IMG/VR virus record: IMGVR_UViG_3300009161_000021 | DNA from: a virus | Taxonomy: Duplodnaviria; Caudoviricetes | DNA: 64,000 bases | Direction: 5' to 3' (one strand) | Shown: positions 40,222 to 49,018 of the stretch, one piece after another | How the letters are laid out: every line of letters begins with the position of its first letter | How positions within the stretch are numbered: the stretch's first letter is position 1 | Made by a program: the position numbers and the translations under genes | The notes under the pieces: generated by a model | What the model was told of the DNA's origin: nothing | Database searches by the model: none | What the model saw: only the letters and a program-made list of their open reading frames with translations

Positions 40222-41190
40222 TCACTTTCTCATTGACTTGAAAGCGTCAACGCTGCTATTGGCAACATTCTGATTCTTGACGTACCATTCGACCGTTTCT
40301 TTAATTCCATCTTCGATTGAGATCTTTGGAAAGAATCCAAGAGAATGAGCTCTAGTCATGTCAAAAACTCGACGAGCATCACCGGTCGGCTTTGTTGTGT
40401 CCCAGACAACTTCAACGCCAGCGATATTAGCGACAGCATCAGCAACCTGCTTTATTGTCACTCCGTCGCCAGACCCAAGGTTGACAGGCTGAGTTATCTT
40501 ATTCTCGACAACAAAAAGCATTCCCTCTGCAACGTCTCGAGCGTGAATGAAGTCTCTAACGGCCGAACCGTCTCCCCACACTTCCATCTTGTCACCCGAA
40601 AATGCCTTCCTGATCAGCGAAGGAACAACCATCGAGCTGTCAGGGTCAAAGTTGTCGTAAGGACCGTAGACGTTAGCAGGACGAACGATGCTGCACTTTC
40701 CTGCTCCGTACTGCTTCTCGTAAGCCTGACACTGAAGCTCTCCCATCCTCTTTGCCCAACCGCCGAACCAATCATTTCTAGACGGTTGAGTCTGCCAAAC
40801 GTCGTCCTCACGAAGTACCTCTGCGGGCTGATACACGCCGACGGTGCTAGTGTACAGGTACCAGTCAACTCCTTCATTCATCGCAGCTTCAAGCATATTC
40901 GTGTTGAACTGCATCATAGGGCCCATGATATCAGCAGGTCTCTCTAAACAAACTTTTGGAGAGCACTTGATACCAACAAGATTGAAGACGTAGTTCATGC
41001 CCTTAACGATTTTCTTGCAATCAGAAAAATCTCGAAGATCCGCTCTAACAAACTCGATGTTGCTCATATCGACCGGGTCCTTGATATCAGCAACCCTTAC
41101 TTTCGCACCACGCTTCTGAAGGAGTGAGACAAGCTCTCTCCCAATCATGCCGCTACCACCAGTCACCAGTACATTCTTGTTCTCAAACAT
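40222..41190 (-). CDS. Extended SDR, Fcl/ColC or GDP-mannose epimerase-like
   Basis: VTGGSGMIG, VRPANVYGPYDNF, WGDGSAVRDFIHARD, NLGSG; the catalytic motif is atypical (GGWAK). Confidence 0.8.
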   Translation of the reverse strand: MFENKNVLVTGGSGMIGRELVSLLQKRGAKVRVADIKDPVDMSNIEFVRADLRDFSDCKKIVKGMNYVFNLVGIKCSPKVCLERPADIMGPMMQFNTNMLEAAMNEGVDWYLYTSTVGVYQPAEVLREDDVWQTQPSRNDWFGGWAKRMGELQCQAYEKQYGAGKCSIVRPANVYGPYDNFDPDSSMVVPSLIRKAFSGDKMEVWGDGSAVRDFIHARDVAEGMLFVVENKITQPVNLGSGDGVTIKQVADAVANIAGVEVVWDTTKPTGDARRVFDMTRAHSLGFFPKISIEDGIKETVEWYVKNQNVANSSVDAFKSMRK

Positions 41191-42361
41191 TAGAGATCCT
41201 CTTGTTTAAAGCTTCACAAAGCGTCTTGACCCTGCTTGGGTTGACTTCACAGTGATTTCCGATGTATAAACCGAAATCATGGATGTGATCAACATTTTCC
41301 ATGGGTCCTTCGATCCTATGAGAATAATTCTCAAGATACGGTTGACGAGCTTGATTACCGCCGCCTGCCGTTCCTTTTCGATATTCTACTCCAAGAGACT
41401 CTAGAGTTCTGCAGATAGCGTGGAATTTTTCGCTGCTTTTTTCTCTAAGAATCAAAGGAAGAGAAAAATTGCTGCTGCCGGATCTATCAAAATCTGTGAA
41501 GAAATGATCCGAATCCAGATTGTCAAGCCAAGCATTTAAGTTCTCTGTCCTTGCTTGAATCGCATCATCCAGTCTCTCCAGCTGCTCGAGACCGATTACT
41601 GCATTGATCTCAGTTCCTCTCATGTTGAATCCTGGAACTGCAAAGGTGAAGAGTGGATTTAAGCTGGGGTACTTCTGGGAAAAATGAGACTTTATCTCCT
41701 CACTAGAATCTCTTATCATCCCGTGGGATCGATAAAGCTTGGCCAGATGATAGAGCTCAGTGTTGTCCGTGCAAATCATCCCCCCCTCTATCGTAGTCAT
41801 GTGATGACCAAAATAGAAAGAGAAGTTTGACATATCACCAATTGTTCCGACCTTTCTTTCATTAAAAGTCGCGCCGTGTGACTCACAGCAATCCTCGATA
41901 AGCATCAAGTTATGCTCTTTAGCAATTTCTACGATCTTTTCATTGATGCCGTTGAAACCAAGGGTGTGAACGAGAACAATCGCGCGCGTCTTGTCAGTTA
42001 TTGCAGCTCTTATTCCATCCTCAGTAATTGCCATATTCTCCATAGAGACATCGACAAAAACAGGAGTCATTCCGAAATTAACAACCGGCGCAATGTCAGA
42101 GACCCATCCAAGAGGCGGAACGATAATTTCTCCGTTACCGCACTTATCTCGAATGATGGCAGTCATGATGTAGTTGGCAGAAGCTCCTGAGTTAACAAAA
42201 ACGCTATGCTTCACGCCGAGCCACTTCGACCACTTGATCTCGAACTCTTCTACTTTTGCTCCCTGGGTAAGGCGAACATTTGGCTCTGAAAGAAACTTGA
42301 TCAATGCGAGCTTGTCAGCTTCAGTCACGTTATCGTTGATCAACGGCCAAGAGTAATTCAT
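41183..42361 (-). CDS. colD: DegT/DnrJ-family PLP enzyme, ColD-type GDP-4-keto-6-deoxymannose 3-dehydratase
   Basis: VNSGASAN, EDCCESHGA, SFYFGHHMTTIEGG with His in place of the Schiff-base Lys; no visible [2Fe-2S] Cys motif of RfbH/E1. Confidence 0.7.
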   Translation of the reverse strand: MNYSWPLINDNVTEADKLALIKFLSEPNVRLTQGAKVEEFEIKWSKWLGVKHSVFVNSGASANYIMTAIIRDKCGNGEIIVPPLGWVSDIAPVVNFGMTPVFVDVSMENMAITEDGIRAAITDKTRAIVLVHTLGFNGINEKIVEIAKEHNLMLIEDCCESHGATFNERKVGTIGDMSNFSFYFGHHMTTIEGGMICTDNTELYHLAKLYRSHGMIRDSSEEIKSHFSQKYPSLNPLFTFAVPGFNMRGTEINAVIGLEQLERLDDAIQARTENLNAWLDNLDSDHFFTDFDRSGSSNFSLPLILREKSSEKFHAICRTLESLGVEYRKGTAGGGNQARQPYLENYSHRIEGPMENVDHIHDFGLYIGNHCEVNPSRVKTLCEALNKRISNV

Positions 42362-42843
42362 TATTTGTCCCTCAACTGTAGTATTGGATTTTCGCTAGGC
42401 CAATCTATCGCTATTCTACTGTCGTTCCATCTTAAAGTGAATTGATCTGCAACGTCAGGGTACTTTCCTTCATATGACCACTTGTAATAGAAAACAGATT
42501 GCTCGCTTAGAGTGTAGAAGCCGTTTCCGAATCTGGGAGGAACGAGAACCATTCTCTTGTTGTGCTCAGAAAGTATTGTCCAATCCCATTGCAAATATGT
42601 TTCTGATTCGGGTCGATTGTCAACAACCACAAAATAGACTTCTCCGTGAAGACAAGTTATCAGCTTCGTTGATTTATTGTCTCCATGAATTCCACGAAGA
42701 ACATTCTTTCTAGAAGAAGAGACTTTGTCATGATTGAAGTTAACCCCAGGACAAGTCTCTCCTTGCTTCCACAGTGTCCACAAATCGCCTCTGTAATCAG
42801 AATGAAAATCAGGATTTATTACCTTGACTTCTTTGAACTTCAT
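42361..42843 (-). CDS. rmlC: dTDP-4-dehydrorhamnose 3,5-epimerase (RmlC) family
   Basis: DYRG, SSRKNVLRGIH, GEVYFVVVDNR, VPPRFGNGF, FYYK, IDWP. Confidence 0.85.
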   Translation of the reverse strand: MKFKEVKVINPDFHSDYRGDLWTLWKQGETCPGVNFNHDKVSSSRKNVLRGIHGDNKSTKLITCLHGEVYFVVVDNRPESETYLQWDWTILSEHNKRMVLVPPRFGNGFYTLSEQSVFYYKWSYEGKYPDVADQFTLRWNDSRIAIDWPSENPILQLRDK

Positions 42844-43745
42844 GATCTCAGAACCGAAAGAGACTTCTCAACAATTCTTTCACAATTCGGAGGAAATACG
42901 TCAACGTCCGGGTGGAAACCTGCTGTTCTGTTCTCAATGCAAAGAGTGTGAACATCTTTCTTTGAGCTTAACATTAGCTGATGCGCGAGGCTTGAAGCCA
43001 CCCCCTGCTCATAGTCATCATCAAGAACTATCCCACCATACTTTGATCGTAGCAAAGCTTCAATTGACTTTTCCTTTGAGGAAAAGGGCTTAATCCACAT
43101 CTGGTGGACAATATTCACTTTGTAGCCCAATTTCTCAAGAGCAGCTCTAGCTTCTTCAGCTGCGAATCGAGTGACTGAAATTGGGAGAAGCGTAATGTCT
43201 GCATCCTCATGAATGAAATCTTCCAGCTCTCGAGTGTTGTCATAACTCTTTCTATGCTCGGAAACGTAATAAGGAACATCATCATTCATGAAGCTCTCAT
43301 ACACGCTCTCGTACTCATTCGGAGTCATAGGAGCAGCGATCTTAAGACCAGGCATCCTATCATACAGAGAATGATGGGAAGAACCAGCTACGGGTCCGAC
43401 TCCACCTTCCATGGCGATGCTTCTTACGAAGATTGGGCAAGGAATTCCCCAAATATCGTTTGACTTTGCAGCGTAGTTGATAATAGACGGAGCGTTGTAC
43501 CACTGAAAGCCTTGATATCGAACAACGTAGATCGGTCTTTCTCCAGCTAATGCGATTCCTGTGGCTATCGCTCCGCCAGCAACATCGGCCATAGAAAACT
43601 CGACCATTCCGTCTTCTTCATAAAGCTCAGGCAAAGTTCCACCCACCCAACCAACTGCAGTGAGGCACTGCCCGAAGCATCTACCACCCTTCTCAAGGTG
43701 TGAACGAGTCAAGCTCTTTATCGTCTCTCTAACCGTTCTTGCCAT
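42840..43745 (-). CDS. ThDP-dependent dehydrogenase E1 beta / transketolase-like subunit
   Basis: GIALAGERP, GPVAGSSH, PGLKIAAP, PYYVSEH, IKPF. Confidence 0.85.
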   Translation of the reverse strand: MARTVRETIKSLTRSHLEKGGRCFGQCLTAVGWVGGTLPELYEEDGMVEFSMADVAGGAIATGIALAGERPIYVVRYQGFQWYNAPSIINYAAKSNDIWGIPCPIFVRSIAMEGGVGPVAGSSHHSLYDRMPGLKIAAPMTPNEYESVYESFMNDDVPYYVSEHRKSYDNTRELEDFIHEDADITLLPISVTRFAAEEARAALEKLGYKVNIVHQMWIKPFSSKEKSIEALLRSKYGGIVLDDDYEQGVASSLAHQLMLSSKKDVHTLCIENRTAGFHPDVDVFPPNCERIVEKSLSVLRS

Positions 43746-44551
43746 ATTTTTTCAACCCTTTGCTTGGTCTGTTGATCAATCTCTCTTGCAGAGTCACCGA
43801 TAATTGACATTTCATTTTCGTATCTATCGAAAATGCTATCATCGTCAATTCCAGCGCCAGCATGCCAGAACTTTCTGTGAGTATTCACGTTTAAAAGCAT
43901 TGGACCATCAAACGCTCCTTCCAATGCATCTTTAATTGTCATCGGATCATCGTCAATGTTCATGCCTTTCATGCCAAAAGACATGGCAACATCGTGCATT
44001 TCCCATGACCTTCTAATCTTTTTCTCAGTGAGAATTGAGAGATTGTTGTCTTCAACGATGAAAAGAATTGGAAGCTTCTTAGTTGCAGCCCAGCCAAGAG
44101 CTCCAAGAGCGTAGTCTTCCTCGGCAGATGCATCTCCCATGAAAACAACGGTGGGGTTCTTCGTTGAATAGCAGTGACCCACCGCTATTGGAACCTGGCT
44201 TCCCATCAGACCGTCATGTCCGAATATCTTCTTTTCTCTGGATTGTATGGAGGCTGAGCCTCCCATCCCATTAGAACAACCAGTCTTAAGACCCAAGAGC
44301 TCATCCGCCAGTTGCTCAATTGGAGCGTCAAAAGACAGATACGTTGAATGACCACGGTGCTGTATGAATATGTTGGGTTCGATTCTCTTTTGAGAGAGAA
44401 CCTCGGACAATGTTGAAGCAGTGTATTCCTGCCCAGCTGACAGATAAATTGGAAATTTGAAAGTCCCTGCTCGGATTAAGTCAAAAACTTTCTTCTCAAA
44501 ATTTCTGCAGAGAGAAGCTCTTCTAAATACGTTCAGTCTAAAATCACTCAT
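43718..44551 (-). CDS. ThDP-dependent dehydrogenase E1 alpha-like subunit
   Basis: YLSAGQE, HRGH, GMGGS, MGSQVPIAVG, GDAS...EDNN ThDP-binding motif. Confidence 0.88.
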   Translation of the reverse strand: MSDFRLNVFRRASLCRNFEKKVFDLIRAGTFKFPIYLSAGQEYTASTLSEVLSQKRIEPNIFIQHRGHSTYLSFDAPIEQLADELLGLKTGCSNGMGGSASIQSREKKIFGHDGLMGSQVPIAVGHCYSTKNPTVVFMGDASAEEDYALGALGWAATKKLPILFIVEDNNLSILTEKKIRRSWEMHDVAMSFGMKGMNIDDDPMTIKDALEGAFDGPMLLNVNTHRKFWHAGAGIDDDSIFDRYENEMSIIGDSAREIDQQTKQRVEKIWQERLERR

Positions 44552-44936
44552 GATTTTCCTCGATGTATCTCATTGTGCTCTCCCAGCTTTCAAATCTATA
44601 ACCTTTATCGTCAATGTACAGCTGGGCACGTGGCTTCTCGCTCGTTATCTCACGAATGCAAGACAGGACACCATGCTTGTCAAGCCACTCTGAAACAAGC
44701 TGATGTCCTGTCTTTCCGTCGACAAGCGGTCTATTCGGCTTCGCTTTTGCGGTGAAGATTACGATATTGAATCTCTTTGAGAGACTTCTCAAAGCGTCAA
44801 GAGAACCTGGTAAAGGATCTCCGTAGCATGTTCCATCATGCCACCCTTTACTAAAATCGTGAATCACACCATCAAAATCAATAGCGATGTTATCTACTTC
44901 ACTCTCAAACCCAGGAGGAACTTCCTTCTCTTTCAT
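44544..44936 (-). CDS. HAD-superfamily phosphatase
   Basis: IDFDGVIH, IFTA, KPRAQLYIDDK. Confidence 0.85.
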   Translation of the reverse strand: MKEKEVPPGFESEVDNIAIDFDGVIHDFSKGWHDGTCYGDPLPGSLDALRSLSKRFNIVIFTAKAKPNRPLVDGKTGHQLVSEWLDKHGVLSCIREITSEKPRAQLYIDDKGYRFESWESTMRYIEENHE

Positions 44937-45601
44937 TACTCACCTTCGTGAGTCAATACTATTGTTCCTTCTTCGATTTTATCAAACACTTCAAGCAAAC
45001 GATGAAGCACATTGCTCGAGACAATGTCACCAGGACTGGCCACTGCGACTCCGTACTCGGTCAAAAGACCACCCTTCAAGAACATTACATTTGACGAACT
45101 TGAGGCTTCTTTAAGATCATCAATTGTTTTTATTCCAAGAACTTTGATCACTTGCCCATCAAAGTTATAGATTTCGCTTTTTCCTGGTTCTGGCTCTTTT
45201 ATCCAAAGACACTCTGACTCTTTGGGGTACTCGTATGACTCGTCCTCGTAAGGCTGGCCGGTTCTGCCGTAACTGTCACGGAGCCTTACGAGATCATGCT
45301 TGTCAACAGGTGTCTCAATCTCAAAGAGAGATAGATGTCCATGATGAGCTCTTGTCGAGTGGAAAAGACCCTTGCGAATCATGATCTTTTCAGAATTTGA
45401 GAGTTTAACGGAGTCAGCTAAAAATGATACTTCGGCTTGACCAGCGACGACCATCAGCCCCGTCGTCTTGTTCGGATGACAGTGCATGGAAGTTTGCTGG
45501 TCACGAAGAATCTTTAAAAACCATAGAGCTACTTTATCGTTCTCATATGCGAGATACTCGTAGCCCCATGGCTTCTTAACTACGTTACTCTTGTAATTCA
45601 T
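44936..45601 (-). CDS. Cupin-domain protein (M6P isomerase-like) with a C-terminal extension
   Basis: KPWGYEY, TSMHCHPNK, FHST, FEIETP. Confidence 0.75.
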   Translation of the reverse strand: MNYKSNVVKKPWGYEYLAYENDKVALWFLKILRDQQTSMHCHPNKTTGLMVVAGQAEVSFLADSVKLSNSEKIMIRKGLFHSTRAHHGHLSLFEIETPVDKHDLVRLRDSYGRTGQPYEDESYEYPKESECLWIKEPEPGKSEIYNFDGQVIKVLGIKTIDDLKEASSSSNVMFLKGGLLTEYGVAVASPGDIVSSNVLHRLLEVFDKIEEGTIVLTHEGE

Positions 45602-46128
45602 TTGACTAGATCAATCGCTCGCTTCATCCAAGGTCCCATGTGCTTGTAATGAGGCGAAGTTACGATGTTATCGGAAACTACGGCTGCAGCATCGACATAA
45701 CGAGCGCCAGCATTCTCAATATCATCCTTGATGCTGTAGTAACCAGAGATGTCGCGGCCCTTAACGATCTTTGCAGAAATCAACAGCTGAGCACCGTGAC
45801 AAATGCAGGCAATGACCTTGCCACGACGATTCCACTCAGCAATGAAATCGAGGACATTCTTCTCCTGACGAAGATACTCAAGTGCCTTGACACCGCCTGG
45901 AATAACGAGCATATCGTACTCGAGCAACCGATCATGGATCTCTGGATTATCGAGATCCGTCGTTAGATGAGTTCCGTTCATGTAGGTCCCGAGGATTCCG
46001 TAGAAACGACCCCTCTTGTTTGACATAATCTCAACCTCATAATCGTCCTCAGTCAAACGATAATAAGGGTAGATGACCTCATGGTCCTGATAACCTTCGT
46101 GAGTTAGAAGAATAGCTTTCTTTGACAT
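45598..46128 (-). CDS. DJ-1/PfpI family protein
   Basis: DHEVIYPY, YDMLVIPGG, ACICHGAQLL, NIVTS; the start is the ATG at 46128, overlapping the upstream TAA. Confidence 0.9.
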   Translation of the reverse strand: MSKKAILLTHEGYQDHEVIYPYYRLTEDDYEVEIMSNKRGRFYGILGTYMNGTHLTTDLDNPEIHDRLLEYDMLVIPGGVKALEYLRQEKNVLDFIAEWNRRGKVIACICHGAQLLISAKIVKGRDISGYYSIKDDIENAGARYVDAAAVVSDNIVTSPHYKHMGPWMKRAIDLVK

Positions 46129-46529
46129 TACCAACTTACCTCCCAATCTTTGAAATCTGCAGCAAGACAATCAATCTTGTAATCCTTTCGACCACCCACA
46201 GCTTCCTGTATCTTGTTCTTCGCTGTGTTTCTGATCCCATTCAGTCCATGGGTCAGCTCAAGGTTATTGCCATCCTTGATGCCCTTTCGATAGTTAGACT
46301 CGTTATGCCAGATGTGAAGATTCATCTGAGAAAGAACCACAATGGCTCTTACCGTGTCGGCGGTGATCTTACCATCGTTGCTGTCAAGGCACTCTTGGAT
46401 ATCATGACAGATGTCTCTGATCTCCTGAGAGTATTCGTCCTTATGATCCGTGATGAAAACCTCTTTCAGCTGTGTGATAGAAAGACGATCTATCAGCTCA
46501 GCGAAAGTTGGCAAATACTTTCTACTCAT
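46128..46529 (-). CDS. Hypothetical helical protein, 133 aa
   Basis: Coupled to both neighbours; plausible globular sequence (ELIDRLSI...IWHNE...NGIRNTAKNKI). Confidence 0.75.
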   Translation of the reverse strand: MSRKYLPTFAELIDRLSITQLKEVFITDHKDEYSQEIRDICHDIQECLDSNDGKITADTVRAIVVLSQMNLHIWHNESNYRKGIKDGNNLELTHGLNGIRNTAKNKIQEAVGGRKDYKIDCLAADFKDWEVSW

Positions 46530-47256
46530 TGTTTTCCTCTATGAATTTGATCAATTTTAGACGATCTTCATTGCGTTTTGCAACAAGCTCAGGAGTATTG
46601 TAAAGAAAGTGCCCATTTTGTTTATCAGCCAAAGCTCTAGTCTTCAAATGAGTCTCATCCTTCTCCATTTTACCAGCTTCAACGTGCATGTGCTCTAGGA
46701 AAAGATGCTCTCTATTAGGTACGAAAATTCCTCGTCCTATCGAAACAGCGATTTCCTGATTCCACTTGTCGGTCCAGTCGGCAACAAAGTAGGGAGGATT
46801 AACGTACCCAAGAGCTTTGACCCAGTTTCTGTGGACAAAAGTGTGAGAAGCAAGCTCTCCGTTCCACAGACCATCATCTGACCAAAGAAGAATTATCTTA
46901 TCTTTGAAAAGACCAAAAGCTTCACGAGCGACAACATCCCAGTTCTGGGATCTGAAAACAACGTCATCGGCAACGTTCGCAACGATATCACCCTTTGCGA
47001 TGGAGAAGCAAAGATTTGCAAAATTGCTCATCTTCTCGCCGGGCTCAAATAGCTTCACTGCTATTCTTTCGTCTCCAAATCGAAGCTTGAGTTCGTCAGC
47101 AACTTCAAGCGCAGCTGTGTCGTTGTTGTCGATTCCAAAAACAATTTCCATCATTGACGGATCAGAGCAATTCTTGAAAACAAACTCTGCAAAACGTCTC
47201 TGCAGCTCTGGTCTCTTGTGGGTCGGACAAAGAACACTAATAAACTCTTTACTCAT
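46522..47256 (-). CDS. GT-A fold glycosyltransferase (GT2-like)
   Basis: ISVLCPT, GIDNND, KGDIV, VADD, F-x-x-DWTD, LEHMH. Confidence 0.75.
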   Translation of the reverse strand: MSKEFISVLCPTHKRPELQRRFAEFVFKNCSDPSMMEIVFGIDNNDTAALEVADELKLRFGDERIAVKLFEPGEKMSNFANLCFSIAKGDIVANVADDVVFRSQNWDVVAREAFGLFKDKIILLWSDDGLWNGELASHTFVHRNWVKALGYVNPPYFVADWTDKWNQEIAVSIGRGIFVPNREHLFLEHMHVEAGKMEKDETHLKTRALADKQNGHFLYNTPELVAKRNEDRLKLIKFIEENNE

Positions 47257-49018
47257 TCATCACGCTCTTGATTGTGTTATAGATCTGTTCGTCAGTGTTC
47301 CAGAAGCTCTTCTTGACAATCTCAAAATTTTCTTTGATGTAATCCATACGAGAATAGTAATCATCTTCCGTCAGATTTTCGAGGATACTGTCAAGTTCTT
47401 CTAAAGAATTAAAGTGAATGATTCCTCTTTCATTGAAATGTTCATTCACTTTCTGGCTGCCCCAGAAAATTGGAACTGTCCCAGTTATCATAGAATCCGC
47501 TATTTTTGCGAACCAAGTATCCATCTTTACGTTCTCAATCACAATGGAGAACATGTAATCTTTTAGAGCATTAACAGCACCATGAACTGGGAATGGGTTA
47601 TAACCGCTTCCCCAAAGATCTATCCCGTGCTTTTCAGATAGCTTTTTTGCGATCTCATGACGAAGAGCGTGACCCTCCGTTATGATCTTGTTGCTTGCTA
47701 TCATAGAAACTCTCTTGCTCTTATTATGAATTTTCCACTCTTCTTCTTTAATTCTAACGTGAGAGAGGGGCATGAGACGGCAATTTTTGTACTTGTCGAT
47801 CAACCTCTGATCGAACGTGAAGACATAATCAAAGTCTTCAATCATTCCGATCAGATTCTGGTAAGCGAAACCATGAATTTCAGGAGGCTCCATGATCCAG
47901 GCTATCTTGGTCTTACAATCGATAGAATTTACAAATTCTTTGTTAATGAAGTGATCTGTGAAAATTGTAATTCCAGAATAGTCTCTAAAGCTTTGATGAT
48001 ACGGTTGATATATGATCTTCTTTGTACGAGGGATAGGTTCTCCATTCGCAGAGACAAACCCGTAGTCCGGCAAGTTTACCGTATGGATAAAATGCTTGTC
48101 AAAAAGATTGACAATCATCGGTTGCTCTACCCCCGCGTAAGCAGGATCAGGCTTCTCGTACATCCTATAAAACTCTCGCCAGTTTGAGGGAGAAGCCTCA
48201 TGCGGCGGCATGTATTTCGGATGAAAGCTGAATCCACCTAAATCATAGAAATGAGGAACAGGTTGAGGCCCTCCCCACATTCCCCACTGAAGCTGACTTT
48301 CTGTGTAAAATCCCTTCATTAGCAGGTCAATTATTGCCTCAAATGACAGTCCAAGAACGTTCACTCTGCCTGGGCACTGCCTCGAGACCGAACCCTTATT
48401 GACCCATCTCGAGGGAACTTTTTCGAAAGTCGGGTCAGCGGTTCCATAAACTTCTTCTTTGAAAGTTGACGAAAGGTAGCTGCCGTCAATCTCAAAGTTC
48501 CATGGAGACCAATCATGCTCAAGGAACTTGAGCAGGTAATCTTTTCTCCACAGAGCTGGTTGAGTGCTGATTCTGTAGAGAGCTCCCTTGTCTATTGAGA
48601 TTATACCGTATCCGTCCCTCATCTCAACGAGCTTATGGGAGCAGTAATTAAATGCATCGTAGCTAAGGCAAAATCTTCCGATGTTACTGTTATCTTTCAT
48701 CTTTTCTACGATAACAGAGAACATCTGCTCATCAAGCGAGCAGCATGGGAAAAAATCATCCAGCGAGAAGATCAAAAATTCGTCAGTCACACTATTGACG
48801 TACTCAGCGATATATCTCGTCCACTTCTTAGATCCTCCCTCTTGCTTCGGAGCAATCGAGATGAACCTGTGATTTTCTGGAAGAGTGTAGCTTGGATGAG
48901 AGAACCCGATAAAATCGATCTCATGACCAGGCCAGTACTTCTCGAACAGATAAGAGGTGACCCTTACGGCGTCTAGAGTTTCATCGCATAGCGGTATAAT
49001 GTGCCTGATTTTTGTCAT
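47249..49018 (-). CDS. Two-domain glycosyltransferase: N-terminal GT-A-like plus C-terminal GT10 (fucosyltransferase)-like
   Basis: N-terminal LDDFF, YRISTQPALW and SPWNFE; C-terminal SMIASNK, GHALRHEI and YMFSIVIEN...KIAD...GTVPIFWG. Confidence 0.7.
   Translation of the reverse strand: MTKIRHIIPLCDETLDAVRVTSYLFEKYWPGHEIDFIGFSHPSYTLPENHRFISIAPKQEGGSKKWTRYIAEYVNSVTDEFLIFSLDDFFPCCSLDEQMFSVIVEKMKDNSNIGRFCLSYDAFNYCSHKLVEMRDGYGIISIDKGALYRISTQPALWRKDYLLKFLEHDWSPWNFEIDGSYLSSTFKEEVYGTADPTFEKVPSRWVNKGSVSRQCPGRVNVLGLSFEAIIDLLMKGFYTESQLQWGMWGGPQPVPHFYDLGGFSFHPKYMPPHEASPSNWREFYRMYEKPDPAYAGVEQPMIVNLFDKHFIHTVNLPDYGFVSANGEPIPRTKKIIYQPYHQSFRDYSGITIFTDHFINKEFVNSIDCKTKIAWIMEPPEIHGFAYQNLIGMIEDFDYVFTFDQRLIDKYKNCRLMPLSHVRIKEEEWKIHNKSKRVSMIASNKIITEGHALRHEIAKKLSEKHGIDLWGSGYNPFPVHGAVNALKDYMFSIVIENVKMDTWFAKIADSMITGTVPIFWGSQKVNEHFNERGIIHFNSLEELDSILENLTEDDYYSRMDYIKENFEIVKKSFWNTDEQIYNTIKSVMNE

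Noticed and set aside
42840-44551. Auxiliary metabolic pyruvate dehydrogenase
   Set aside because: No E2/E3, a short alpha subunit, an atypical beta motif and embedding among deoxysugar genes.
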